UHGV virus genome: UHGV-0060643
Source: a virus
Strand: one strand, 5' to 3'
DNA length: 64,000 nucleotides
In this document: positions 1-9,609 of the stretch, piece by piece
Layout of the letters: every line of letters starts with the position of its first letter
How positions within the stretch are numbered: position 1 is the stretch's first letter
The notes under the pieces: generated by a model
Told to the model about the DNA's origin: nothing
The model's input: only the letters and a program-made list of their open reading frames with translations
Database searches by the model: none
Program-made: the position numbers and the translations under genes

Positions 1-139
1 TACCGAAAGAAGCGAAGGACTATATTCGTAAACATCCGAAGGCTTTCTATTCCGTAGGTCAATGGCGTAACCTCCCACTCTTTTAACTTTTTTACAAAAC
101 CCTTAGTTGATTTGAACAAACCTAAAGAGGACTATTAAA

Positions 140-1072
140 ATGACTTTTCCATCTGAAGTAATTTACGAACTGGCTAACACTCTACGTCGTCGTTATAACT
201 ACCATATGCTGCAAACCAGCGTAGGTGCAACCGCTGCCTTTCTGCGCAACCATTTCCTAGGCAGTAATCAGTCTTCAATTACGCAAGAAGTGATTTTCTC
301 TATCGATCGTACCACCAAAATTCTTCCAATCGACAATGCAATTGCGGTTCAAAATGGGGATATGTTCAACTTCTCCATGGGAATGCGGCATACATCCGTT
401 ACTGTTGACCCAAGCGTAGGGATCGAACATTCTCTCATGCCCAACCCATATCCTCTCCCGGATAACTGGTTCGTTGTTGTAGAACAAGGGGTGAATCAGT
501 ACGAAGTTGTTGCGGCACGCGACGAGTCTTTCTTTGACTTGGGGCAGATTTCGCGCCGCCTGGAAATTGCTCTCGAGCTTCGCCAAGGCAATATCGGATT
601 AAATGGGGGCGTCGTCTACTTCATCCTGAGCAACTGGGCGCATGTGAGCTACGTCCTGAGAAAAGCTGACGCAACGTTCCACGCAACAGAAGTAAATTAC
701 CTCTCCGCTGAGAATGAAGATCAAGACGAAGAAGAAACCGTCCCTGGTACAGAAGTCGCCGTTTGCGAAGACTACGATGATCTGAAATCTGTGCTCGTTA
801 AACGTGATGTTTTCGAATCGTTAAACCTGGATTTCCCTGGTGACGAAAAAGAAATATCCGTAGCTGACCTGGTAGAAGCGCTGTGTCAGAAAGACCAAGC
901 TAATGAGATCAGTGACGAAGAAGCGGAACTCTTCCAAGTTCAACAACTCGTCAGCAAGGTTATCGGCGGTCAGGAAATTGTTGACACCCTTATGGCTTTA
1001 CCGCCGAAGAAACGTACTCAAAAGTACATTCGTGAACTGGTTCTTGAAAACCTGGGTCAAGCCAAAAAGTAA
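140..1072 (+). CDS. hypothetical protein (paralog of 1135..1683), acidic C-terminal region
   Basis: ATG with RBS aaagagg upstream; 310-aa ORF; shares blocks with next ORF (NGGVVYFILSNWAHV vs NGDTVYFIFRTWNDV); followed by intrinsic terminator. Confidence 0.7.
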   Translation: MTFPSEVIYELANTLRRRYNYHMLQTSVGATAAFLRNHFLGSNQSSITQEVIFSIDRTTKILPIDNAIAVQNGDMFNFSMGMRHTSVTVDPSVGIEHSLMPNPYPLPDNWFVVVEQGVNQYEVVAARDESFFDLGQISRRLEIALELRQGNIGLNGGVVYFILSNWAHVSYVLRKADATFHATEVNYLSAENEDQDEEETVPGTEVAVCEDYDDLKSVLVKRDVFESLNLDFPGDEKEISVADLVEALCQKDQANEISDEEAELFQVQQLVSKVIGGQEIVDTLMALPPKKRTQKYIRELVLENLGQAKK

Positions 1073-1080
1073 TTTAAGTC

Positions 1081-1116
1081 CCCTACTCCTCCGGGAGTAG
1101 GGTTAATTCTTTTTTC
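1081..1116 (+). terminator. intrinsic terminator, stem CCCTACTCC/GGAGTAGGG plus T-tract
   Basis: perfect 9-bp inverted repeat with 4-nt loop followed by ttaattctttttt. Confidence 0.65.
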
Positions 1117-1134
1117 CATCTTAGGAGTATTAAA

Positions 1135-1683
1135 ATGTTTCCATCATCTGAATATTTAACCCACCTGGCTTATGGTATTCGCCGTGGTTCTGTTTTCCGT
1201 ACACGTTTAAAGGATATAAATTTCCTGGCTAATTTCTTATTTGACCGTTTGGGAGACGGCAATAGCGTTTACAAAAAGATCACCACAACACAACTTTATT
1301 CCCTTATAGCAGCGTCTGAAATTGTACCCACAGATATTTGGCGATTCAAACGGTATTGCGAGGGAATCACGATCAGTTTTCTTGACCATTCTCCGATTAC
1401 TGTTGAAATCGTCGATCGTGTTGATGTTAATAGTGAAGTATCAGGTTGGAAGATTCTGTTCGACTGTGGCAATCGTTATGCGGTACTTGGTTCCTCTGAT
1501 GAGCGTGACTTCCCATTCGACAAACCCTACTACTACCTCAGCGAAAATGATTTCCCGGATAAAGAATCCAATATCTTTTTAAACGGGGATACCGTTTACT
1601 TCATTTTTCGTACTTGGAACGATGTTGCTGCTATGATTGCTCAAGGCGTCATTGATTACCGTAAACTAGAAGTCGACATTTAA
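1135..1683 (+). CDS. hypothetical protein (paralog of 140..1072)
   Basis: ATG with RBS aggag; 182-aa ORF; similarity to C-terminal half of preceding protein. Confidence 0.7.
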   Translation: MFPSSEYLTHLAYGIRRGSVFRTRLKDINFLANFLFDRLGDGNSVYKKITTTQLYSLIAASEIVPTDIWRFKRYCEGITISFLDHSPITVEIVDRVDVNSEVSGWKILFDCGNRYAVLGSSDERDFPFDKPYYYLSENDFPDKESNIFLNGDTVYFIFRTWNDVAAMIAQGVIDYRKLEVDI

Positions 1684-1692
1684 AATAAAAGC

Positions 1693-1729
1693 TACCCTAC
1701 TCCCGAAAAGGAGTAGGGTAATTTCTTTT
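1693..1729. terminator. bidirectional intrinsic terminator between convergent genes (same CCCTACTCC stem family)
   Basis: stem taccctactcc/ggagtagggta, loop cgaaaa, A-rich upstream and T-rich downstream. Confidence 0.6.
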
Positions 1730-2351
1730 AGTTAACTAACCCGTTAGCTTTAAGAATCTCTAACATCTGGTTGTTTAACTCTTTTAATTTTTTGTTTTCG
1801 TTTGTCAACGAAGTAACCTGTTCTGACAACGGAATAGCCTCTCGAATTTTCCTTTTCCGAGCCGCTTCCATTTGCAGGTGTTGCTCCTCCGTCACTTTCC
1901 CTTCATACTCCATGGTCGTGATTTCGACTTTCGGGTCGATACCCAACGTACGGGTAAGAATATCCGAAACGTCTTTAGTCATCACCGACACATCTACATA
2001 ATCCGGTACAAACGATAAGTCCACCACCATCACATTACGCTGGTACGCGATTCCCGATAAACCGGGGCACGATTCTACGTAAGTGTCGGGGATATAAACG
2101 ACTTGACCATCGCGTGATTTAAACGTAAGAATAGACGCGTTAACGGTAGCATCAGCAAGATATTCTTCTCGCTCCAACCCAACGGGCTTGTAATACTCGT
2201 TGTAAACATCAATATTCTGACGTACTAAATCTGGGAAGGTACGTGATGCCTCCACCGTGAAGATAACCGTTTCGGCTAACGTAAACGGTGTTTTTACCTT
2301 AAATAAACCCGTTGTGTTAACGGGAACCAAAAGAGGTAAACGCGTAGCCAT
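1728..2351 (-). CDS. hypothetical protein
   Basis: 207-aa ORF, ATG preceded by gaggag RBS lying in the end of the upstream gene (translational coupling). Confidence 0.65.
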   Translation of the reverse strand: MATRLPLLVPVNTTGLFKVKTPFTLAETVIFTVEASRTFPDLVRQNIDVYNEYYKPVGLEREEYLADATVNASILTFKSRDGQVVYIPDTYVESCPGLSGIAYQRNVMVVDLSFVPDYVDVSVMTKDVSDILTRTLGIDPKVEITTMEYEGKVTEEQHLQMEAARKRKIREAIPLSEQVTSLTNENKKLKELNNQMLEILKANGLVN

Positions 2352-2354
2352 TCA

Positions 2355-3728
2355 TTACTCCTCGTCGATTTCAGTGTACCATTTCGATTTACGAGACAGT
2401 ATGCGATATTCGACGTTATCGTATTCGAACACCCAGAAATAGTTATCTGGATCGGCTTCATCAACGAGTTTCACGACATCCAGACTGGTCTGATACGGAT
2501 GGTATTCTTCCGCTGCTATTAACGCCTGGAAGAACAACGCTAACCATTCTGTGGTGGATTTCGACATTCGTGCAATGTCTGGGTTTGTTGTTGCAATCAG
2601 TGCGTAGTCTGGTAACGTTTCGTGTAAGGTATTCTTACGAGTGTCGTTTTCAGGACCACTGATAACCACCATGTTCAGTGATTTGTACACGGTCGGTAAA
2701 TCGGTAACATCCGTCGTCGGTTTGCTTACCGTTTTACTATTTCTTTCCGCAACAGACTGATCAGACCATTCCCCAAACTTTGTAATGGCTTTGACCCAGA
2801 AATCATATGGAAGGATGGGGGAATAGAGAGCCGCCACGTCTTCCTCATTCGGTATACCACGGATTTTCCACCCCGGAACCATTGTGAATTTCGTAGTGGT
2901 AAAGATCTCAGGGAATACCTTCACCCCGATCGGAACCGTAAAGCTGGAGTTTGCAAGAATATGTTCACGCAACGCTTGCTTTATTTTCGTTGGGTTTTTT
3001 CCTGCACGTCCGTAAATGATAACCGACATTGGAATAACCAGTGTTGACTCGTAGTTTTCTTGGTCATGCCAGGTGTAGTAGTTAGTTTGGATGGCAGTAT
3101 ACGGGAACCCTGCCATTAACTCGTTGATTTTCTTATGGTGTTCGGTAAGGTTAAACCCTTCCATCGCTTTTTCAACGACTGACTTTGTGGCCAAGAATGT
3201 GTCGATTGGCTCAATCGGCATCTGTACTTCGATTTCAAAACCCGTGTAGTCCTGGTCGAAGTCTTCATCCGAGAACCAAACTATGATTTGGTTATCTACA
3301 TCAGTGTCATCTTGTACTTGATCTGCAGTTGCTTCATATTTCCAGCTCACCCAACGTGGGAACCAATTACTGTTCGTCTGGATCATCGCACCGGACTGGA
3401 CACCGGAAATGGTTGTTTGGAATTGACCTAATAATAGGCGCTGGAATTCAAGTTCGTCATTTCTCAGATTCCCCAAGATGGCTTGCTGGTAAATCCATTG
3501 AGAAACGGTTAGAATATGATCAGAAAACTCGGCTGGAACAACAACCGTCTGTTTTTCTCGTTTAGACGTAAATGTCACCAACTGCACTTGCAGATTGGAT
3601 TTAGTAAACGTCTGTTTACTCTTCGCGTACGAGAGGGTCAGATCAGACAGCTCACCTACCGGAGCGGTGACGCCGTCCTGATTGTCAAACAGAGCCGGTA
3701 TCTGAATAAAACCTTGTAAGTCTAACAT
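2355..3728 (-). CDS. hypothetical protein
   Basis: long minus-strand ORF; start placed at internal ATG 3728 (ggag RBS) rather than ATG 3788, which would overlap the divergent gene start; start uncertain. Confidence 0.55.
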   Translation of the reverse strand: MLDLQGFIQIPALFDNQDGVTAPVGELSDLTLSYAKSKQTFTKSNLQVQLVTFTSKREKQTVVVPAEFSDHILTVSQWIYQQAILGNLRNDELEFQRLLLGQFQTTISGVQSGAMIQTNSNWFPRWVSWKYEATADQVQDDTDVDNQIIVWFSDEDFDQDYTGFEIEVQMPIEPIDTFLATKSVVEKAMEGFNLTEHHKKINELMAGFPYTAIQTNYYTWHDQENYESTLVIPMSVIIYGRAGKNPTKIKQALREHILANSSFTVPIGVKVFPEIFTTTKFTMVPGWKIRGIPNEEDVAALYSPILPYDFWVKAITKFGEWSDQSVAERNSKTVSKPTTDVTDLPTVYKSLNMVVISGPENDTRKNTLHETLPDYALIATTNPDIARMSKSTTEWLALFFQALIAAEEYHPYQTSLDVVKLVDEADPDNYFWVFEYDNVEYRILSRKSKWYTEIDEE

Positions 3729-3753
3729 AATTAAAAATACTCCGAGGTGAGCA

Positions 3754-4257
3754 ATGGGTTCATTTCTTAAAGTGCTTCCGTTCTTCATTCAGATGTTGAT
3801 GGAAGCATTTAAACCAGGAGAAGGAGAAAACGTATCAAGAGCAAACAAGATAATGACTTTAATCATCACGGTCTTGTTATCCTACTCGGCTTTCGTCTCC
3901 TATGCGTACGTAGTGCAGTTTCACAAGCTCGTTACCGTACAATCTCATGATCAATACATGTCGCAATCTTACCAAGAGATGAAGCAAGATCGTGACAAAC
4001 TGAAAGATGATAATGGTAGATTATACGACAAGCTCTTTATTTGCCTCGGCCAGAAACCGCCATATGAAAGTGGGTACAGCACGGTAAAAGAAGACAACTC
4101 TACCAAAGATTTAACACCTAAGAAACCAGAAACTCCTGTTAGCCCAGCTTCAACACCAGAACAACGCAAAGAAGCTTCGGCGCGACCTGTTGGTAGTCAA
4201 AACGCTAACAGTTTCCGTCAGGAGATCATAAAGACGTTATCCTCACCTAAGGAGTAA
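3754..4257 (+). CDS. membrane-anchored protein (N-terminal TM helix, coiled-coil, Pro/Ser/Thr-rich tail); possible i-spanin-like or holin-like
   Basis: RBS gaggtga; hydrophobic segment IMTLIITVLLSYSAFVSYAYVV; function inferred only from architecture. Confidence 0.5.
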   Translation: MGSFLKVLPFFIQMLMEAFKPGEGENVSRANKIMTLIITVLLSYSAFVSYAYVVQFHKLVTVQSHDQYMSQSYQEMKQDRDKLKDDNGRLYDKLFICLGQKPPYESGYSTVKEDNSTKDLTPKKPETPVSPASTPEQRKEASARPVGSQNANSFRQEIIKTLSSPKE

Positions 4258-4260
4258 CTG

Positions 4261-4716
4261 ATGAAATCGCTGTTATTCATCATGATTTTGTGCGTGGGTT
4301 TGGTGAGTAATGGCTATGGAGAACCCGGTAAACGGCCATCCTATACTGCGTTACAACCTCCGCCAGCGCCGCCTATCATGCTAAATTGGAAAATTGATAA
4401 AGACGCGATGCGGGAATATGTTGCGGATGTGAATACATACGCTTATTACGTTTATCTTTACACACGAAACTTAAATCAACAAGCAGTCAAACGCGGGTGG
4501 AATCCACCGATGTTAGCACCTATCTGCGAACGATTTGAAATTCCTAAATTACATTCCGTTCCAGAAAAGATGTTATTAGACGACAAAGCGTTAACGCCAC
4601 AAGAAATCAGTCGGGATTTATCACGTAAACTGAATTCGTTGTTGTGGAATTATCGCTCTGACCGGCAAGCTTTATTAGACGCCTACGATCAGTATCTGAC
4701 AATGTGTTTGAACTGA
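4261..4716 (+). CDS. secreted or lipoprotein-like protein (N-terminal signal peptide)
   Basis: RBS aaggag; N-terminus MKSLLFIMILCVGLVSNG looks like a signal peptide with a Cys near the cleavage region; Pro-rich mature part. Confidence 0.5.
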   Translation: MKSLLFIMILCVGLVSNGYGEPGKRPSYTALQPPPAPPIMLNWKIDKDAMREYVADVNTYAYYVYLYTRNLNQQAVKRGWNPPMLAPICERFEIPKLHSVPEKMLLDDKALTPQEISRDLSRKLNSLLWNYRSDRQALLDAYDQYLTMCLN

Positions 4717-4721
4717 CAACG

Positions 4722-4761
4722 CCTCCTGTATCCTTCGGGGTACAGGAGGTATTTTCTTTTT
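4722..4761 (+). terminator. intrinsic terminator
   Basis: cctcctgta...tacaggagg hairpin followed by tattttcttttt. Confidence 0.6.
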
Positions 4762-4803
4762 AACGTTTAACCCCCTTCTAATGTATAGAGAAAGGAGCTT
4801 AAC

Positions 4804-5538
4804 ATGACATACCCGAAAACGATTCAACCCACCTTACCGACGTTGGTAATCGGTGCCGACGCAGAAACTAAATCACTGCGTCCTGATGCGTATCTGTTAA
4901 CCACGGGCTTAGTTGCCTTTGACGTACCGACTTTAAAAATGGTGGGGTCGTCGTATATGCGTATTGATCCTAACGACCCTAAAGCAAAAGCTGTGTTCCA
5001 CGAAGACCCACAGACCGTAGGATGGTGGGAAGGTAAAGGGGAACCTGAATACGCACCGTCTCGTGAAGCCTACACGGAAGCATGGGGCGGTACAACTCCT
5101 ATGCCGGAAGCGCTGTGGGCGATGCGTAAGTGGTTAGACGAAATCACCGGTAAACACAATTTTGTTATCACCATGCGTGGTCCGGATTTCGATTCGCCGA
5201 TTTTCATGAACGCGTTCGCACAATGTGACGTCCCTCCAGGTAAATTCCGTAAGTTCAGCGCGTTAGACAGTGACCGCACCGCAGAACGTTTAGCGCTGGC
5301 GTTTGGTTTTGAGCCTGACTTGACCGTTGAGCAAGTTTACTGGACGCGGGGTAAACCGGCATTTGAACACCATGCTTTGTGGGATGCCGCGAAAGAAGCT
5401 TATACCACCGCACGTATTTATCACCTTGCACTGATTACTCGCGAGTATGGGTACGAACGTGCTAAAGCCTGTCACGAAGAACTGAAAACCGGTGAGTATA
5501 TTCCACCACAGATTCGTGATCAGTTAACCAGGGATTAA
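4804..5538 (+). CDS. DnaQ-like DEDDh 3'-5' exonuclease
   Basis: Exo I motif LVIGADAETKS (D-x-E) near N-terminus and Exo III-like H-x4-D (HHALWDAAKEAY) near C-terminus; RBS aaaggag. Confidence 0.65.
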   Translation: MTYPKTIQPTLPTLVIGADAETKSLRPDAYLLTTGLVAFDVPTLKMVGSSYMRIDPNDPKAKAVFHEDPQTVGWWEGKGEPEYAPSREAYTEAWGGTTPMPEALWAMRKWLDEITGKHNFVITMRGPDFDSPIFMNAFAQCDVPPGKFRKFSALDSDRTAERLALAFGFEPDLTVEQVYWTRGKPAFEHHALWDAAKEAYTTARIYHLALITREYGYERAKACHEELKTGEYIPPQIRDQLTRD

Positions 5539-5540
5539 GA

Positions 5541-7052
5541 ATGAAGAACGTTGATGTTGCTGTACTTTATACCGACGGTAGCCATTTAACCTCACCGATG
5601 GGAACAGGCGGTGGGATTCACGGCTACCTGTTTAACAAGGAAGAGATTGTTGACGGTGGCGTTTATCGCCACCCTACCATTCCCGAAGGGATTACGACCT
5701 CTGGTTATCGCCAGATTAACAAAGAGGAAAAACTTCCTGCGCTACCGGACTCTGTTGAGTTCGTAGACTGTGTTATTCCGGTACCGAAACACCACCACTC
5801 CGATGTTGCAGAGATTGTTGCTTTTTTAACCGTTTTCGAAAAAGCACCGTTCGTTGCAAAAAACTACGTTATCTATATCGACGCGTCTTACGTTGTGAAT
5901 ACGTTTAACGATTGGATTGACGGTTGGGCTAAGCGGGACTGGCGACGGGCTGATGGAACCCCTATCGCGAACCTTGAGCTGGTTCAACGGATGTGGGAAA
6001 TTAAGAAACGTCTGAAGAAAGAAGGAAAAGGGATTCGTGTTCTTAAAATCAAAGGACACTCTGGTCACTACGGTAACGAACGAGCTGACGGGCTGGCACG
6101 AAAAGGATCATCCATCTCTGCGCACGGAGAAGGTTTAGATTATCAGGCGTACTGGTCAGCAGACGAAATCCCGGAAGAACAGCAGGAAGAAATCGTCAGT
6201 GAAGGCGTTAACGTTGCCGCGTTTCCTGATATTTGCGTAACCAAGTTCTGCTACCCGATGGTAAATGAGCAACACCCTACAGTTAAAGTAAACGGTGAAA
6301 ATCTCTATTACATGTTCGGGGGTAACCACGCAAAACAGAAGGACGATATTGTCTTCGTCGGAAAATACATCCCTGATGCGCAGTTTTGTGTGATGTTTAC
6401 ACGTGAGCCGTGGACGAACGTTTATGATTTGGTTAACGCCCACGCTGCTAAAGCCTGGGAGGGCGTACCACGTTTGCGTCAGTTTGACCCTATCGCTGTT
6501 GTGTTCAACCTGTTCGTAAAACGTAAGAAGTTTGCGGAAGCTGCGGCTAACGGTATCCCGGTTGACAAAATGCACTTTAGCGAAGACAAAAACCTGTGGA
6601 TGTACGAAGACTTGTCTATCAGTCGTATTCTGCGTCCCGCGTTATTGTCATACCGCTGCGTAACCATTCGTGATGAACTGGCAGAGTGGCTGCGTGACTG
6701 TTTGGAAGGCAAATCGAACGTTGTCTTAAATGATATTACCGATTTGCTTTATGACGAAAAAGGTAAACCCACCAAAGACTTTTACCGAAACGTGGATAAA
6801 GGGTTTGACGTTTCCATTAAAATCCCTAACGGGAAGGTTGACGTTAAAACTATTCTTACGCGTGCTATCGACATACCGACGCGTACGGAAATCAACCGTA
6901 TCAAAGAACCAAACGGGCGATTCTACATTGCCGTACGTCGTCCAGAACGTCAGTATATTGAATACGCGTTAGTGTATATCGGTGAGAAGTATCATGGTCT
7001 ATGGTGTGGTTATTATTCAAACAAACGAATATTGACCGATAAGGAACTTTGA
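5541..7052 (+). CDS. ribonuclease H domain protein with ~310-aa C-terminal extension
   Basis: RNase HI signature residues in order: YTDGS, AEIVAF, IYIDAS, HSGHYGNERADGLARKG (compare E. coli GHAGHPENERCDELAR). Confidence 0.75.
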   Translation: MKNVDVAVLYTDGSHLTSPMGTGGGIHGYLFNKEEIVDGGVYRHPTIPEGITTSGYRQINKEEKLPALPDSVEFVDCVIPVPKHHHSDVAEIVAFLTVFEKAPFVAKNYVIYIDASYVVNTFNDWIDGWAKRDWRRADGTPIANLELVQRMWEIKKRLKKEGKGIRVLKIKGHSGHYGNERADGLARKGSSISAHGEGLDYQAYWSADEIPEEQQEEIVSEGVNVAAFPDICVTKFCYPMVNEQHPTVKVNGENLYYMFGGNHAKQKDDIVFVGKYIPDAQFCVMFTREPWTNVYDLVNAHAAKAWEGVPRLRQFDPIAVVFNLFVKRKKFAEAAANGIPVDKMHFSEDKNLWMYEDLSISRILRPALLSYRCVTIRDELAEWLRDCLEGKSNVVLNDITDLLYDEKGKPTKDFYRNVDKGFDVSIKIPNGKVDVKTILTRAIDIPTRTEINRIKEPNGRFYIAVRRPERQYIEYALVYIGEKYHGLWCGYYSNKRILTDKEL

Positions 7053-7720
7053 TGCTGATTGTTTTTAGTCAAGCGTTATCGATGGCACCGAGTTATATCC
7101 AGATACGCTTTTCAGCAATTGCGCGTCAGCAGTGGGGCTTTAAAGCCCCCTATTCTGACGACCACTATACACTCGGGGAAGTGTCACTTGAACTTGCCTT
7201 ACGCTCATTGTGGGAAATCATTGCATTGTACAATGCAGGTTGTGATATACCGAAAGATTGTTTCCCACAACGTGTGATTGCACAGGTTATTACTAACACT
7301 TACGGTAATCCAGCTTTGGTAGAAGAGTGCTTAGGTTACGCTAACCAATCCGGGGAACTGCAACAGAACTTTAATCTGGTGATTAACAAGGTCTGGAGTG
7401 AGCTGGAAAGCTACCCTGAAAAGATTATCTGGTTTGATCGTAACCAATTCGTTAAGGAGGTGGCCAGTAAACGACCCGTTCGTTTAGTTACCTTAAAACC
7501 CACCGACCTCGATTTGAAGCAAACGTATCCCTTCCCGGAAGAAATTCGATTTTCTCCAGAAACTGTAGGTCACACTATTTTCAAACAAGGTGACGCCTGG
7601 ATATTGCCTCACGATCTAGACCGTTTCCTGCTCAACTCCGATCAGATTCACTCCGGCTATGATTCTCTCGTGAAAGCGTTTCACATCGATCCCTATTTCG
7701 CTAAAAACTTTCTTAGATAG
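7052..7720 (+). CDS. hypothetical protein
   Basis: ORF with ATG at 7052 overlapping previous stop (TGATG), RBS aagga. Confidence 0.6.
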   Translation: MLIVFSQALSMAPSYIQIRFSAIARQQWGFKAPYSDDHYTLGEVSLELALRSLWEIIALYNAGCDIPKDCFPQRVIAQVITNTYGNPALVEECLGYANQSGELQQNFNLVINKVWSELESYPEKIIWFDRNQFVKEVASKRPVRLVTLKPTDLDLKQTYPFPEEIRFSPETVGHTIFKQGDAWILPHDLDRFLLNSDQIHSGYDSLVKAFHIDPYFAKNFLR

Positions 7721-7757
7721 ATATTATTCAGGTGTAGAACCCTCGGAGTTAGTCACC

Positions 7758-8495
7758 ATGTTGAAAGTTTATGTCCCTCAATTACAACGTATTAATCCCT
7801 CGTTGTTCGAGGGACTCTTTTATAAAATTTGGCCACAATACTTCAATGAACGCCTGAAAGACCCAAAATGGTCAACTGTCCAAGGAGAATTCTTTTACAC
7901 CGCACAATCAGCCTGTACAAATGTCTTTACCCACCTCGTCTCTGAGGTTATTGACGCTGTCAACACCAACCGAAACTTTGACCTTCGTGACGTCATAATA
8001 GATCTCTCAGCGATCTTCGATAACTACGATTGTGATGACGCCGTATTCGAACATTTCTCCTCTGAAGATGTCTGGGAGGCCGTTTATCAATGGCTAGAAT
8101 ACTACGTGAATTTTCTACTTTCCTCGAACATGTTAGAAAATTACAATAAAGCGCTCTTTCCCATTTATAACGACTTAATGAACGTCAAACGAACAAAGAA
8201 TCTCGTTGGTTTCTGGTATTCGACTTATGACGCTGAATGTAAGTTGTGGGAAAAAGAAATGATTGCTTACGGTATCGAGCGCGATGATTTTGATGAATTA
8301 CATCGTGGTTATTGGCCGTTCAATCATTACGAAAATGGGTGTCATGGCGATCCGTATTTGTGGTCTTTTTATTTCTGTAATCAGACTGGTGTTATCTATC
8401 TTGAAGACACCGGTGTGCGAATCCCTAACGGTGCGGATGTGACATACTGCCAGTTACGTAAAGACCGGGCTGACGTCATTTATCAGGATTATTAA
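7758..8495 (+). CDS. hypothetical protein
   Basis: 245-aa ORF, RBS ggag. Confidence 0.6.
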   Translation: MLKVYVPQLQRINPSLFEGLFYKIWPQYFNERLKDPKWSTVQGEFFYTAQSACTNVFTHLVSEVIDAVNTNRNFDLRDVIIDLSAIFDNYDCDDAVFEHFSSEDVWEAVYQWLEYYVNFLLSSNMLENYNKALFPIYNDLMNVKRTKNLVGFWYSTYDAECKLWEKEMIAYGIERDDFDELHRGYWPFNHYENGCHGDPYLWSFYFCNQTGVIYLEDTGVRIPNGADVTYCQLRKDRADVIYQDY

Positions 8496-8496
8496 C

Positions 8497-9045
8497 ATGA
8501 AATTACTTATTGATTTCTCTCTGAGCTCGTCACGAGACAGGCTAAATAAAATACTTACCGAAATGCGAAATAAAGTGACGTTAGAACTGCACGACGCGAT
8601 AGCGGTGTACGAGAGAAAGCTAACAAAAGAGAACAACGGGGAAACCGTGGTAATCTTAGATGCTAAAGCGATGGTGGATTTTCTGGTAGACGTGTTAGAA
8701 AGGCGGATTCACGCAGTGATAGAGCGACCCTACCTGGTTCGTGTAACCGACCCAGACACTACGGTAGAATCAATACTGGAAAAGGCGTTCGTCGACGCAG
8801 CACACTATTTACAAAACCATTCCCCAGACGATTTCGAAACGATTTACGTTGGTGTTATACAGCAACAGAATGCTGAAACCAACATAGTCGATACTGTATG
8901 CTGGAGCGATATTCTTACTAATGAAACCACGTCTCGCATTCGAGATATCTTTATTGAAAATTTGGCATTAGTAAAAAGGGTGTGTAGTTCCGAGATTATT
9001 TATTTATCATCAAAACTTCAACCCGCTAAGACAAGCACCGTTTAA
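8497..9045 (+). CDS. hypothetical protein
   Basis: 182-aa ORF immediately following previous stop. Confidence 0.6.
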   Translation: MKLLIDFSLSSSRDRLNKILTEMRNKVTLELHDAIAVYERKLTKENNGETVVILDAKAMVDFLVDVLERRIHAVIERPYLVRVTDPDTTVESILEKAFVDAAHYLQNHSPDDFETIYVGVIQQQNAETNIVDTVCWSDILTNETTSRIRDIFIENLALVKRVCSSEIIYLSSKLQPAKTSTV

Positions 9046-9062
9046 CTTAAGGAGATTAAAAC

Positions 9063-9551
9063 ATGAATTTAAATCAAATTATCGCTTTGAAAAATTCCGA
9101 CATTATTCATGAATTCCTCAACCATACCGACCGTGTACATGCCACGATCAGAAATAAACTCGCGCCAATGGTCGTCGATACTCCGTGGATGGCTGGCGTT
9201 GCCGCCGACTACATCGAAAATAATTACAGAGCCCGACTTATAACGAGTCTGGATGATTTCTTTGTTGGTTTCTTTGGTGGGATCACAAAATCGTTCATCG
9301 ATAGACGGTTATACGGAATCCGTATTGAAACTTTACAATCACTAATTAACGAATACCATAACGGTTTTATCCCAGCAATTGTACCACCATATGCAGAAGG
9401 TGAGTGGCGTCGTTTCTATAGTCAAATTTGGGGTAATGAAGCACACTCACACGGTATTGTGGATATTATTAGCTACGACCAAGGTATGCTCGCATTACAC
9501 CTGTGGGAGTGGTTGAAAGCTAATTACCCAAATTACGTCAAGATCGACTAA
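9063..9551 (+). CDS. hypothetical protein
   Basis: 162-aa ORF, RBS aaggag. Confidence 0.6.
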   Translation: MNLNQIIALKNSDIIHEFLNHTDRVHATIRNKLAPMVVDTPWMAGVAADYIENNYRARLITSLDDFFVGFFGGITKSFIDRRLYGIRIETLQSLINEYHNGFIPAIVPPYAEGEWRRFYSQIWGNEAHSHGIVDIISYDQGMLALHLWEWLKANYPNYVKID

Positions 9552-9555
9552 CATA

Positions 9556-9587
9556 CACCCTAGCTTCGGCTAGGGTTGCTTTATTTT
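9556..9587 (+). terminator. intrinsic terminator
   Basis: ccctagc ttcg gctaggg hairpin followed by T-rich tract. Confidence 0.6.
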
Positions 9588-9609
9588 AACCATTTTAGGA
9601 GCATATACC

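Noticed and set aside
275-1582. Track ORFs 275..586 (-), 903..1100 (+) and 1322..1582 (+)
   Set aside because: Embedded in or out of frame with the better-supported genes 140..1072 and 1135..1683; no independent start signals.
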